NCBI GenBank assembly: GCA_025594325.1
Contig: JANHCV010000010.1
Location: 124,001 to 188,000 of the forward strand
Direction: 5' to 3'
DNA from: Blastocladiella emersonii ATCC 22665
Lineage: Eukaryota; Fungi; Blastocladiomycota
Length of the DNA stretch: 64,000 nt
A program made the translations under genes and the position numbers. The notes under the pieces were generated by a model. That model made no database searches. It was not told where the DNA came from and saw nothing but the letters and a program-made list of their open reading frames with translations. This document shows, piece by piece, positions 1-10,338 of this stretch. Position 1 is the stretch's first letter; each line of letters opens with the position of its first letter.

Positions 1-892
1 TGTGCACGCTCACGCGGCCGACAAGGTCTCGGCGCCATCTAAGGCCCGCGCCGGCCTGCGCGTCGTCACCTCGCTGTTCCGCCGCGTCACCCGGTCATCG
101 CGCGTCGCTGCTCATGATCATCATCACCACGAGACCGTCGTGCACCCGTCGCAGCCCGCCCGCGACCGCGACCGCCGCCACGACAGCGGCGTCGAGGCCG
201 ACATGGCGCCCGCGGTTCTGCGCGCGTGCGAGAGCACCGAGCTGCGGTCGCGCCGCGCCTCGTCCATCCTCAACCCGCACATGAGCGAGGAGGAGGTCGC
301 CCTGATCCCGCTCCCGCCGTCGCCGCCCACGCGGCGCCTGCTCGGCGGCGGCGAGTTTGCCGGCGACGACGAGGACATCCTGACCGACGACCCGATCGAC
401 GCGGTCCCGCCGCCGCCCCCGCCGCACGGCGCCGGCCGCGTGCTCATGATCTGCATCGGCGGCGCCGAGGAGTCGCTGCTGGCGCGTCCCGGCCGCATGG
501 AGCTGGTGCTACGCAAGCGCAAGGGGTTCGTGCGCCTGGCGCTCGACACGGGGTCGTCCATGGTGCCCGTGGTGTCGTTTGGCGAGACGGAGCTGTTCAA
601 CCAGTACCAGCCGGCGCCCGGGTCGGTCGCTCACTGCGTGCAGCGCAGCATGAAGGCGGCCATGGGCTGGACGCTGCCGCTGTGCTACGGCCGGTTCGGC
701 AGCTGGCTGCCGTTCCGCAAGCCCGTCACCACGGTGGTTGGCGAGCCGATTCATGTCCCGCACGTGCCCAACCCGCCCCGCGAGCTCGTCGAGTACTTCC
801 ACGACGTGTACATGCGCAAGCTCACGGAGCTGTGGCACGCGCACGTCGACCTGTACGCGCCGCCCGGGTCGACCATGGAGATTGTTGCGTGA
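1..892 (+). CDS. DGAT2: Diacylglycerol O-acyltransferase 2 (DAGAT family), 3' part; gene runs off the window start
   Basis: C-terminal DGAT2 signature GGAEESL...LVLRKRKGFVRLAL..G..MVPVVSFGETELF, then FRKPVTTVVGEPI and YFHDVYMRKL; stop TGA 890-892; His/Pro/acidic insertion upstream. Confidence 0.9.
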   Translation, partial: VHAHAADKVSAPSKARAGLRVVTSLFRRVTRSSRVAAHDHHHHETVVHPSQPARDRDRRHDSGVEADMAPAVLRACESTELRSRRASSILNPHMSEEEVALIPLPPSPPTRRLLGGGEFAGDDEDILTDDPIDAVPPPPPPHGAGRVLMICIGGAEESLLARPGRMELVLRKRKGFVRLALDTGSSMVPVVSFGETELFNQYQPAPGSVAHCVQRSMKAAMGWTLPLCYGRFGSWLPFRKPVTTVVGEPIHVPHVPNPPRELVEYFHDVYMRKLTELWHAHVDLYAPPGSTMEIVA

Positions 893-1031
893 GCTGTGAG
901 CTGGACCCCCGCGATGACGACTTTTTTTTGTACAGTACCCCCTCAACCCGACCCTCATTACCCGTTCGTGAACCCGCAACGCAAAATGGATATGCCGTAT
1001 TCCAACCCAACCCGCCGTCCCGCGCGAAAAC

Positions 1032-1794
1032 TCAGTTCTGCTTCTTGAACCCGTACTTTTTGCGCTCGTAGAACAGGTCCGTCTTGGAGCTCCCGATGTT
1101 GACGATCTTGGGACATCCGTCGCGCTACCCATAACAACAAGTCAGCGCTCGGCGGGTCGAGACCTGCGCCGTTGCGCGCATCACGTACGTCCTTCTCGAG
1201 AATCGTGCACTCCTTGCAGTAGTAGGCGTCGGCGATCCCGTTGCCGCCACACACGACGCACTTGCCCTGGAACGCGCCGTAGTTGCACTCGTCGCAGATC
1301 CGCACCAGCGTCGCCGGCCGGACGTAGCTGTCGCACACCACGCAACGGCCGTCGCCTACGGAGTACAGGACGACGAAGGTGTGAGAGAGCGTTCACGACG
1401 GGATGCGCGAGGGGTCGTTGAGCGGGGTAAGGCACGAGCGGTGGCGGGGCCGGGATGCGACAGTTAGGGATTGCAAACAGTGCTAGTTGCAAGCTCGAGC
1501 GAGATGCCGTGGTTTGTGGCAGTGGAGCGCGAAGCACAGTCGATGATGCTGCAGGAGGAGCGCAAGGACGGGCTGCTCACGTTCAAAGCTCTCACGAGCA
1601 GTGCTCGGCCACCGAAGATGAGCCTAAGAGGCAATAGTAAAGCAAGCGTACACTTTTCGCATACCCGACCGATGGCTACATGGGAAGCGGGTTTGGTGAG
1701 CCTCGCGGTGTCGCTCGGGGCCGTGCGTGCGGCCCAGCGTACCGATCCCGGGCTGCTTGCGGCACATAATCAGGTCCGTCTGATGCTTGGACAT
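1032..1794 (-). CDS. PHF5A: PHD finger-like U2 snRNP protein PHF5A/Rds3; exons 1794-1743, 1675-1652, 1355-1189, 1124-1032
   Basis: Spliced translation [39 protein letters not shown]...[30 protein letters not shown]; all three introns GT-AG and in phase. Confidence 0.97.
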
Positions 1795-2300
1795 GGTAGA
1801 AGTAAGCTTGATTGATTCGTTGCAGGGAGTTATTCGTTGTTCCCACTCGGGGCAGAGTTACATGGAAGCCGGTCGAGGGAGACGCGACTCGACCCGCGCG
1901 GAACTTGAGGCAGCTCGCCTCGGCGCGCTCCGTGTTGCTCCCTCTCCCTCCTCGCGACTCACCGACGAGGATATGATCCCACGGATGACCACAGGTGGTG
2001 CTCGGTCTATTGCGGACGTGAATGTCGCGGTGGTGACGAGGGTGAGCGAAGCAAGGCGACCAGCCGAGCCAGGCGCTCTAGCGAGTCCTCGGCGAGCCCA
2101 TCCTCCTCGCGACGACAAGTTTGACGTGTAGCTGGAGCGGCAGCGGGTCGAAGCTGAAGCGTGGGCGGTGAGACAAGGCGCGAGACGTGTCGATCAAACA
2201 CGCGCGGCACGTGTGGGCGTTCAGGAGACGCGACGGTGAGCGAGCGACAACGGGAGCGACGTCTCGCGCCCGACTCTTGCTCCCTCGAGAACCGGCTACC

Positions 2301-4805
2301 ATGTATCGCATCATATGTAACCGAGTGCAACTAGGCGCAATTGCCTCGGCGCGCCGACTGCTTCCGCTTGGTCGTGGCTCGGTCGCGCTTCCGCTTCGCG
2401 CCGCCAGCGAGTGGGCGCGGGGCCGCTACAACGAGTCCTCGCGCCCACCGCGGTCGCAAGGCGAGACTAGTCGCTCCACTTCGCATCACTCGAGCTTCAA
2501 CGGCACTAATTCGACCAGGATGGAATCTGCTCGCGCTTTCGACGCCAACACTCCTGTTCGCGCAGCACTTCTTCGCGCCGAGGCTAAGGTCCTCGCGAAG
2601 GATGCTTCTGGATTCCTTGATGCCATCAAATCCGTTCCGTGGGACGGCCTGGATGCCTTCTCGCACGATTCCTACTTTCTCAAAAAGTTCCTTCGCTCCA
2701 TCGACACGATTCCCAAGTTCAAAGTCGACCCACGACGCGAGTGGGGTCTTGGTCTTGCCCAAATACTTGCTGGGATGCGCCAGGTACCGCGAATTACCGA
2801 CTTGACGTCCGGGCCGGCTTCTAGCGAGCTGGACATTCTTGTTCGTGTGTGCCACGCGCAGCGGATCCCAGCTTCGGCTATTGACGATCTATTGGGTATC
2901 ACGGACGCAGCCTGCTGCAGCAATATGGCAGTCGTCTTCGCTATCAACCTGTGCAGCGAGGCCCATCGCCACGCCGATGTCGATGTGATCGCGCAAACTT
3001 CTCGCGGCCGGTCGCGCCTTATCGTGTTCGCTCTCGCTTCGGCATATTCGCGCGCGGGAAAGGGCCCTGACGCTATCCGCCGCCTCGCCGAAGAGGCCGT
3101 CGCTAATGGCTTGATTGAACACGTCCATTCCAGTCCGCAACTTAACGACTATATCCTCGCCGCCATAGTAAACGCGGACGGTCCTCTCGCGGCATTTGAC
3201 TACCTCAAGAAGGTTGTCGGTGAATATGACGGGGGCGCTCGCCTCACCCCTTCACCTGCAACAACAGGTTCACCTCGCTTCAAGGATCACGGCTTCAACT
3301 TCGTTGTTTATGGACTTCTCCAGGGCTACTATCTCGAGGAGGCGACCCAAGCACTTGATCTCCTGCTCTCGCTTGGGATGAAGCCGTGGGATGAAGTCCG
3401 AAACTCGGTCGTCCGTAGCTTACTGGACGCTGAACAGCCTCATCGAGTTCCCAAATACTACGACCTCAGCGATTCATCACTCGTCAACAGCACGTACTTT
3501 GCCGATATTTGGGTTCGAACGGTTGGCGCGCTCGAAGGTCCCAGCGCAGCGCGCAAATTTCACCAATCGCTTCTCGACCGCAACGACACTGCAGCTCATG
3601 ATCCTGTTTATCTCTACTCGCTCTTTTTCGAGCTCGCCAAGCATGCGACCAGGACGAACCTTGCACCATTTGACGAAGCCATGGACGTGGTTCGCGACAT
3701 GTTCGCTCGCGGGGCAACCCTGGATGCGCTGTCACTGAGCAAACTGCAGCGACTGGCAGCTGAAATGGGACACAAACCTGCCCAAATCGAAATTCGCGGG
3801 TATCTTCGAAACTTACAACCCACGAATGCCGCTTCGAAGCCGTCAATTGATCGTGATGCTGCAGCGTACCGAACGCCTGGACAGCTCGCGTTTGCACGGG
3901 ACGTGGAGCCCCTGCTCTTCCCAGGAAAGCACAGAGACATTCGCAAGGCTTACGCTCGCGCGCTTGCCATCACCCAAGAGTATGGCCCCGACGCGATTGA
4001 TTTTCACCAGTGGACCAACATCCTTGCGACCTCTCACAGGTTCCTTGACCGTAAAAATCCGGCATCCGTCGAGTTCGTGGCTCAGATTCATCGTACCATC
4101 ATTCACGACCTCGATTTGCCGCGTGATTCTGTCTCAAACGACGTGTATATTACCGCGCTCCTCACCTCGCTCTCAAACGTCACTGCACGGTCGAACACCT
4201 CATCAAACGCCGTCATTGACTTTGTCTCTCGCTGGGTGTTTGGTGACATGTCCGTCGTCGTCAGCCCGCCGTGGGACGTGCCGCCTCCACCGCCAAGCGC
4301 CCGGTCGTACTCAGCGGCTACTTGGACTCCGCAGCTTCTCGCTGTTGCAGCGGACGCGATTGGCTTTGCTGGTCGTCGCGATTTGCTTCTCAAACTTATC
4401 GATGGGATCTTCCAAGGCGGGCCGCAGCGGGGAAACATTGAGCGCATCACCTCGACCAACGTTTGGACCTCGATCGCCGAAGCAGCGCTTCGCGTGGGCG
4501 ATGGCGAGCTCGCACTCAACTCTATCATGGTGGATCGCGTCAAGTGCAAGATGCCTGTGGACCGCAAGCTCTTTTTGACTGTCTGCAGTATGGCTCAGTC
4601 ACGGCCCGCCGTCGCGTGGGTTCTGGACGACCCGCGATTCTTTGCCCTGAAGCGGGAGCTGGCCAAGAGCAACAGCACGAAACCGACCAAGGGTAGCTTC
4701 TCCCGGACGAAGTGGGACCGCCAGGACGAGTCTCAAATCCCGTCCAAGACGCGGCGGGGACCCTCAGCCACTTACAAGTGGAAGCCCAAGTCGCCGCGCA
4801 ACTGA
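2301..4805 (+). CDS. Intronless helical-repeat (degenerate PPR-like) protein with probable mitochondrial presequence, copy 1
   Basis: Long ORF; ATG 2301 in ctaccATG context; R/S/A/L-rich, nearly acid-free N-terminus; PPR-like motifs such as FNFVVYGLLQGYYLEEATQALDLLLSLGMKP and NVWTSIAEAALRVGDGELAL; colinear with the 5092-7536 paralog. PPR assignment is by eye. Confidence 0.7.
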   Translation: MYRIICNRVQLGAIASARRLLPLGRGSVALPLRAASEWARGRYNESSRPPRSQGETSRSTSHHSSFNGTNSTRMESARAFDANTPVRAALLRAEAKVLAKDASGFLDAIKSVPWDGLDAFSHDSYFLKKFLRSIDTIPKFKVDPRREWGLGLAQILAGMRQVPRITDLTSGPASSELDILVRVCHAQRIPASAIDDLLGITDAACCSNMAVVFAINLCSEAHRHADVDVIAQTSRGRSRLIVFALASAYSRAGKGPDAIRRLAEEAVANGLIEHVHSSPQLNDYILAAIVNADGPLAAFDYLKKVVGEYDGGARLTPSPATTGSPRFKDHGFNFVVYGLLQGYYLEEATQALDLLLSLGMKPWDEVRNSVVRSLLDAEQPHRVPKYYDLSDSSLVNSTYFADIWVRTVGALEGPSAARKFHQSLLDRNDTAAHDPVYLYSLFFELAKHATRTNLAPFDEAMDVVRDMFARGATLDALSLSKLQRLAAEMGHKPAQIEIRGYLRNLQPTNAASKPSIDRDAAAYRTPGQLAFARDVEPLLFPGKHRDIRKAYARALAITQEYGPDAIDFHQWTNILATSHRFLDRKNPASVEFVAQIHRTIIHDLDLPRDSVSNDVYITALLTSLSNVTARSNTSSNAVIDFVSRWVFGDMSVVVSPPWDVPPPPPSARSYSAATWTPQLLAVAADAIGFAGRRDLLLKLIDGIFQGGPQRGNIERITSTNVWTSIAEAALRVGDGELALNSIMVDRVKCKMPVDRKLFLTVCSMAQSRPAVAWVLDDPRFFALKRELAKSNSTKPTKGSFSRTKWDRQDESQIPSKTRRGPSATYKWKPKSPRN

Positions 4806-4973
4806 GCCTGGAGTACGCTCTATTGTTTAAGTCTCGTGCCTGTAGTGAAAGAATTTGATTGTTTTACCCCTCTCGCATCGACACGGTCACTCCCTGGGAA
4901 CATTATCTGCTCATGTATTTTAATATGTCTCACTGACGGTGCCACGCCGCGAGGCGAAGACAACCTTCACCGC

Positions 4974-4996
4974 GAGACGCGTCGATCAAACACGTG
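4974..4996 (+). promoter_or_regulatory. 23-bp composite upstream element GAGACGCGTCGATCWAWCRYGTG (reference copy; others at 2182, 40055, 40404 and 63671-63649 on the minus strand)
   Basis: Five near-identical copies read directly from the sequence; four lie ~95-150 bp upstream of a current or ancestral start codon in the same orientation as the gene. Function is inferred. Confidence 0.55.
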
Positions 4997-5091
4997 AGGC
5001 GCATGTGGCTGTTCAGGAGGCGGTTTGAGGCCTGCTCGTGCTCTTGCTCCCTCGAGAACCAGCTACCATATATCGCATCATATGTAACCGA

Positions 5092-7536
5092 ATGCAACTG
5101 GGCGCAATCGCCTCGACGCGCCGCCTGCTTCCGCTTCGCCCCGCCAGCGAGTGGGCGCTTCCGCTTCGCGCCGCCAGCGAGTGGGCGCGGGGCCGCTACA
5201 ACGAGTCCTCGCGCCCACCGCGTACGCCGAGCGGCAGCAACGGTGCTTGGGAGTCGTCTTCGACAACTCGCGCCCCTCCACCCATGTCGCCGCTTCGCAG
5301 CGCTCTTCGCCAGGCGCAAAACCTTGCCGCCGCTGGGGACGCCACAGGTTTCCTCAAGGCCGTCGAGGCGGTCCCGTGGGACGACTTTGACGCATTCACC
5401 CGCGACGCCGATTTCCTGCGCGGATTGCTTGGCGCCCTCGAGCCGCTTCCCACCTTTCGGGCAGACCCGCGGCGCGAGTGGGGCCTTGGCCTCGCCTCGC
5501 TGCTCGCCGGGATGCGCCGAGTTCCTCGCATCACGGATCTGACGTCGACCACCGCCGCTAGCGAGCTTGACGTGCTCGCCCGCGCGTGCCACCTCCAGCG
5601 GATTCCACCTGCCGCAACTGACGACCTGCTTGGTATCATGGACGCGGCGTGCTGCAGCAACCAGGCCGTAGTCTACGCCATCAACCTGTGCAGCGAGGCC
5701 CACCGCCACGCCGACGTGGCGATGCTTGAGCAGACTCCTCGCCGCCGATCGCTCATTGTTTTGTTTGCGCTGGCATGTGCAAACGCACGCGCAGGCAAGG
5801 GCCCCGAATCGGTGCGTCGGCTAGCCGAAGAGGCGGTGGTGAACGGCCTCATTCCGCACGTTACGCAGAGCAAGGAGTTCAACGACTACACGCTCGTAGC
5901 GGTGGATAGCGCCCACGGGTCGCTAGCCGCGCTTGAGTTTCTCAAAAAGGTGATCGCCGAGCACAAGTCGACCTCGACGACTACCGGTGGTTCGTTGTCA
6001 AAGCGCAGCCTTGCCCTCTTCAACGACGACGAATTCAACTTCCTCATTTTCGAGCTTCTCGAGGGTCACTACCTCGAGGAGGCCGGCGAAGCGCTTGATC
6101 TCCTCCTTTCGCTTGGGCTGGAGCCGTGGGAGCATGTTCTCCATGCAGTCGCGCGCCAGTTCCTCCTGGCTGGGCAGCCTCAGCGCGTGCTCAAACTGCT
6201 TAATCCTGCCGAACCAGCGAACCAAGATGACATTTACGTTTGCGAGCTGCTTTTGCGCACATACAGCGCTCTTGACGGTTCCCGTGGGGCGCTCAAATAC
6301 CACCAACAGCTTCTCGCGCGAAACGATGCCTCGACTCAGCACCCGGTCTACCTTTGCTCGATCCTATTTTCACTCGCTCGCGACGCCCGGCCTGACAACC
6401 ACTCGCCGCTCAATCAAGCCATGAAGGTCTTCTACGACATGGAGGCACGTGGAACCGCAATCGACGGAACCACGCTCAGCATGCTGCAGCGGATTGCTCT
6501 CGAGTGCGGCCACAAGGCTGCCACGCGCGAGTTGTCTGCATACGCAAATTGGATCGCTGGAAAAGTAGCTCGCGCCGAGGCCGAGGTCACGCAAACCCGC
6601 GCAGACGTTGGCAAATTCGCGTTTGCCCGCGACGTGGAGCCGCTGATTGCCCAGGGTACCGCGGACGGCATCCGTGCCGCGTACGCTTGCGCGCTTGAAA
6701 TTGTCCAAGAGTACGGGCGGGATGCGATTGAACTCCAGCAGTGGTCGAGCCTGATTGCCACCTCGCATCGCTATCTCGAGGAGGGCGATCCTCGATCCGT
6801 CGAGTTTCTTACCCAAGTTCATCGCACGGTCGCTCACGACCTTGGACTTGCACCCGCTGCTCTCGCAAGCGACGTTTACATGACCGGCCTTCTCATGTCT
6901 CTCTCACACGTCACGTCCAGGGCCGGATTTGGCTCCAAGGTCGTCGTTGACTTGATCCGCCGCTGGATTTTCGGCGACACGTCCGTGGTCATTGAGCCGC
7001 CGTGGGACTTTCCGCCGCCTCCGCCGAGCACTTGGCCGTATTCGGCAATTCCTTGGACCGCGCCCGTGCTTTCAGTCGTCGCCGACTCGCTTGTCTTTGC
7101 AGGTCGACTGGACCTGCTCCAAGCTCTCGTTGATCGAATCCACGAGGGCGGCCCGCAGCGGGCCAACGTGGCGCGCTTGACCACGACCAATGTCTGGACC
7201 TCGATTGCCGAGGCCGCACTCCGGCTTGGCGATGGCGACCGCGCGCTCAACTACGTGGCCGTCGATCGTGTTCGCTGCGGTGTACCGGTCGACGACAAGC
7301 TCGTTTCGACGATTCGGACCATGACGTACGGGCGCCCCGCCGTAAGCTGGGTGATTGACGATCCGCGGTACTTGGCGCTCAAGCGTGAGCTCACCCAGCT
7401 CCGACTGGCCGAAATGAAGCGCGAGTCGGCCAAGTTTCGCGCGCCATCCAAGGCTCACTCGCGGCCATGGACTCCGCGGCCGCAGCAGAGGCACCAGCGT
7501 CAGTACCAGCAACGCGATAGCTCTCGGTCATCGTAA
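5092..7536 (+). CDS. Intronless helical-repeat (degenerate PPR-like) protein, copy 2 (tandem paralog)
   Basis: Colinear with copy 1 along its length (DPRREWGLGLA, INLCSEAHRHADV, FARDVEPL, PPWD.PPPPPS, TNVWTSIAEAALR); position matching copy 1 ATG is ATA (5068), first ATG 5092. Confidence 0.7.
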   Translation: MQLGAIASTRRLLPLRPASEWALPLRAASEWARGRYNESSRPPRTPSGSNGAWESSSTTRAPPPMSPLRSALRQAQNLAAAGDATGFLKAVEAVPWDDFDAFTRDADFLRGLLGALEPLPTFRADPRREWGLGLASLLAGMRRVPRITDLTSTTAASELDVLARACHLQRIPPAATDDLLGIMDAACCSNQAVVYAINLCSEAHRHADVAMLEQTPRRRSLIVLFALACANARAGKGPESVRRLAEEAVVNGLIPHVTQSKEFNDYTLVAVDSAHGSLAALEFLKKVIAEHKSTSTTTGGSLSKRSLALFNDDEFNFLIFELLEGHYLEEAGEALDLLLSLGLEPWEHVLHAVARQFLLAGQPQRVLKLLNPAEPANQDDIYVCELLLRTYSALDGSRGALKYHQQLLARNDASTQHPVYLCSILFSLARDARPDNHSPLNQAMKVFYDMEARGTAIDGTTLSMLQRIALECGHKAATRELSAYANWIAGKVARAEAEVTQTRADVGKFAFARDVEPLIAQGTADGIRAAYACALEIVQEYGRDAIELQQWSSLIATSHRYLEEGDPRSVEFLTQVHRTVAHDLGLAPAALASDVYMTGLLMSLSHVTSRAGFGSKVVVDLIRRWIFGDTSVVIEPPWDFPPPPPSTWPYSAIPWTAPVLSVVADSLVFAGRLDLLQALVDRIHEGGPQRANVARLTTTNVWTSIAEAALRLGDGDRALNYVAVDRVRCGVPVDDKLVSTIRTMTYGRPAVSWVIDDPRYLALKRELTQLRLAEMKRESAKFRAPSKAHSRPWTPRPQQRHQRQYQQRDSSRSS
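5127..5186 (+). repeat. 30-bp tandem duplication inside the copy-2 presequence
   Basis: gcttccgcttcgc(c/g)ccgccagcgagtgggc twice, encoding LPLRPASEWA / LPLRAASEWA. Confidence 0.9.
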
Positions 7537-8625
7537 TTCGAGCGTCGCGCGTCGTATCCGCCGAAGTCTCGCCCGTCTCACTTTGAGTCTCGTCCGTCGT
7601 CCTCCGCGCCCCGCTCCCGTCCCTCGCCGAACTGGAAGCCGAACCGCAAGTATGGCGAGAAGCACTGATAAAATACAATCCTCTTTGCATGATAAACCTG
7701 TGCATGATCCCGATTCTGACCCTTCCTCGACTTTGAAACGATGCGCGTCGCATGACGCGTCGCTCGCAAGCAGTCTGGCCGTTTGCAAGCGCCCACGTTT
7801 CAGATCGAGTCAGGTCGCGACGCGCCACATGGGATTTCATTTCGCTGAGGACTCCCTCGTTTGGGGCGCGCTCCTATGCGGCAACTGCGCAGCGGTCTTG
7901 GGCGTCGTAGTGACCGGAGCGACCTTGTGATGGCCGGCGTGATCTGGCGGTCGCCCGCCGCCTGATCGATTAATTTGGCCACGGGCGACTCGGTGTCTGC
8001 TGAGCACGATGACTCCGCGGTCCTTCATTGCGAGGGGCGAGCGCTGAGGCGAGCGCGCAAGGGCGCGGGACGCGCATAACGCATATCATATCGGCGTGAG
8101 TCGTCAAGAAATACGACCCGAAACACGGACCGACCGTGGCGTCGCCCCAGCGCCCGCTCCTGCAGCACGAGCGAATCAGCGGCGGCGAACATGGATTCTG
8201 CGACGAGTTGCTTCAACCGGACCCCGCAGGATCCTCCCCGCAGGCGTGCAGGGTACGGCGCCCATCCTCTCTCCTCTACACGGCCATCGTCCCTGCCAGC
8301 TCATCGTCACGGCGTTTGCGACTGCCATCAGCGGGAGTTCCCGGAGCTCGGCGCCGGTGTCTCAGCCTCCCTTCCTTTGCTACGCCACATCCGCCGCCGC
8401 CGCCGCCCCCTCCACGCTTGTCGTCGACCTCGTCGCCCGCCTCGGCCTCCGTCCTCGCTCTCCTCACCCTCCCACCCATCGCTACGCATACGCATCACGC
8501 ATCATCGCTCGGTCTGTCTCGGCTCTCGATATCACTCGAGCCGGATCGATCACCCTTGGCCCAGCTTCGCCACAGATCCCCCGCCCACCTCGAATCGAAT
8601 CCAGGGCCCCCCCGAACCACCCGCC

Positions 8626-10089
8626 ATGGATATCCCGACAACCTCATACCACAACAGCGGCCCGTCCGCGGCCACACCATGGACGATACAGCCGCAGGCG
8701 TCGCCGCCGGTCCCGTCACTGCTCGTGTCGCGGCGGCACGCGAGCCACGTCCTGTCGTCGTCGCACGCGCACTCGTCGTGGCGCGCGTCCGCAACACTGC
8801 CGCCACCGGCGTCCACGTTCCTGACGCGGCCGGCGAGCATGGTGACGCAGATGGCGGTGGAGGCGCGGCGGCGGCGCACGCGCGGGCTCGGGTACACGGG
8901 GTGGTCGCCGCGGTGGCTCGTGGTCGACCACCTCAACGGCGTGCTGCTCGTGTACAAGGACCCGGCCGCGCTGATCCCGTCCGAGACGGTCCCGCTTGCC
9001 TCGGTGCACACGCGCATCGTGCAGACGCTCGACCGCGCCGGGTTCCTCGTCGTCAAGCTCCAGTACCTCTCGTCGCGGTACCGGTTCCGCGCCGTGGCTG
9101 ACGCTGCGGGGCTGTTCCCGAGTGCAGACGAGGCGCAGTCGCCCGCTGCGGCCGCGCACCCGCCGACGTCCCAGCTGCGCCGCGCCAAGTCGCTCCGGTC
9201 CCCGCGCAGCGACCGGCACACGACGGCCGCGCCGACGTCGCCGCCCGGCGGGTGCGCGCCGAGCGACCTGCTGGTCCTGTTCGACGCGCTGCAGCGGAGC
9301 GCGGCGTCGGCGTCGCGCCCGGCCGTGTGGATCCCGTCGGCCGCGTCGATGCCGTCGCTCGTAATGTCGCCCGACGGCGCGAGCACCACCTCGACGCCGC
9401 ACGGGTCCGAGAGCTCCTTTTACTCGTCCGACGATGACACCGTCGCGTACCCGTCCGCGCCCCGCGGCGGCGGGATGGCGTCCGACTCGGCCTTCTCGTC
9501 GCTGTCGCGCACCAACTCTTCGTCGACGACGCACTGCACACCACCCCCACCGCCGCCACCGAGCCGTGCGCGGTCGCGCGGTCCCGGCCCCGTGCCCGCG
9601 CCGCGCAGCTCGCAGACCAAGCCGCCACCGCTCGTCCTGCACGCGTCACCCGCGGTGTCGCTGGCACGGCCGCGCGACCCGATCCCGCGGCGGCCCTCGA
9701 GCGCGCCACTGCTGTCCCCCGCGCACGAGCTCGCGGTCTCGCCGTGGTCCGCATGGCACGCGTCGTCGCCCGCCGACCAGCCGCGGTCCGCGTCGGCGAT
9801 GCGGTCGGCGCCCGCGCTCCCGACACCCAAGACGGCGTCGTCGGTCGCATCGTCGAGCTACATGCTCGATCTCATGTCGCTGGACCCGTTCCCGAGCGCG
9901 GGCACGCTCCCGACGCCGCCACGGTCCGCGGTCGCGCCAACGACGGCCGGGTGGATGTCGCCGCTCCCGCCCATGCCCATGACGGCGCCGCTACAGCAGC
10001 AGCAGCAGCAGCAGCAGCAGGTGGCGGTGAACCCGTTCGCGGATCCCGCGGAGACCGCGGGGCGAGATCCGTGGTCGCGGCAGTATTGA
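8626..10089 (+). CDS. PH-domain protein with long low-complexity tail and endocytic-type short motifs
   Basis: ATG 8626 in ccgccATG context; PH-like block (GYTGWSPRWLVVDHLNGVLLVYKDP...RYRFRA); tail has LDL, DPF, NPF, DPW and polyQ; strong GC3 bias. Confidence 0.7.
   Translation: MDIPTTSYHNSGPSAATPWTIQPQASPPVPSLLVSRRHASHVLSSSHAHSSWRASATLPPPASTFLTRPASMVTQMAVEARRRRTRGLGYTGWSPRWLVVDHLNGVLLVYKDPAALIPSETVPLASVHTRIVQTLDRAGFLVVKLQYLSSRYRFRAVADAAGLFPSADEAQSPAAAAHPPTSQLRRAKSLRSPRSDRHTTAAPTSPPGGCAPSDLLVLFDALQRSAASASRPAVWIPSAASMPSLVMSPDGASTTSTPHGSESSFYSSDDDTVAYPSAPRGGGMASDSAFSSLSRTNSSSTTHCTPPPPPPPSRARSRGPGPVPAPRSSQTKPPPLVLHASPAVSLARPRDPIPRRPSSAPLLSPAHELAVSPWSAWHASSPADQPRSASAMRSAPALPTPKTASSVASSSYMLDLMSLDPFPSAGTLPTPPRSAVAPTTAGWMSPLPPMPMTAPLQQQQQQQQQVAVNPFADPAETAGRDPWSRQY
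9994..10020 (+). repeat. (CAG)9 microsatellite encoding polyQ
   Basis: Nine consecutive CAG codons. Confidence 0.95.
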
Positions 10090-10338
10090 CACATCATTGA
10101 ATAGACCATGGACGGGCCAATCACGGCCCCGTCCGCGTGCGTGAACGACCAAAGTATAGACCCATTGTCGCCGTGGCGAGCAGCGTGGCGAGGCAGGTGG
10201 CGAGGTCGGCCGCGAGAGAGACAAGGCGCGTGGCGCTGCGCGTCGCCGGCCGCTCCTCCCCAACCACGACGCGTCTGTGAGCGCGAATCTGTACATCCGG
10301 CCGAGACCGCGTAACACTTGCTGCACTTGAACAACACG

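Noticed and set aside
8191-8625. In-frame upstream extension of the PH protein ORF
   Set aside because: Pyrimidine-rich UTR-like sequence with donor-like sites; ATG 8626 has the typical context. Not excluded without cDNA
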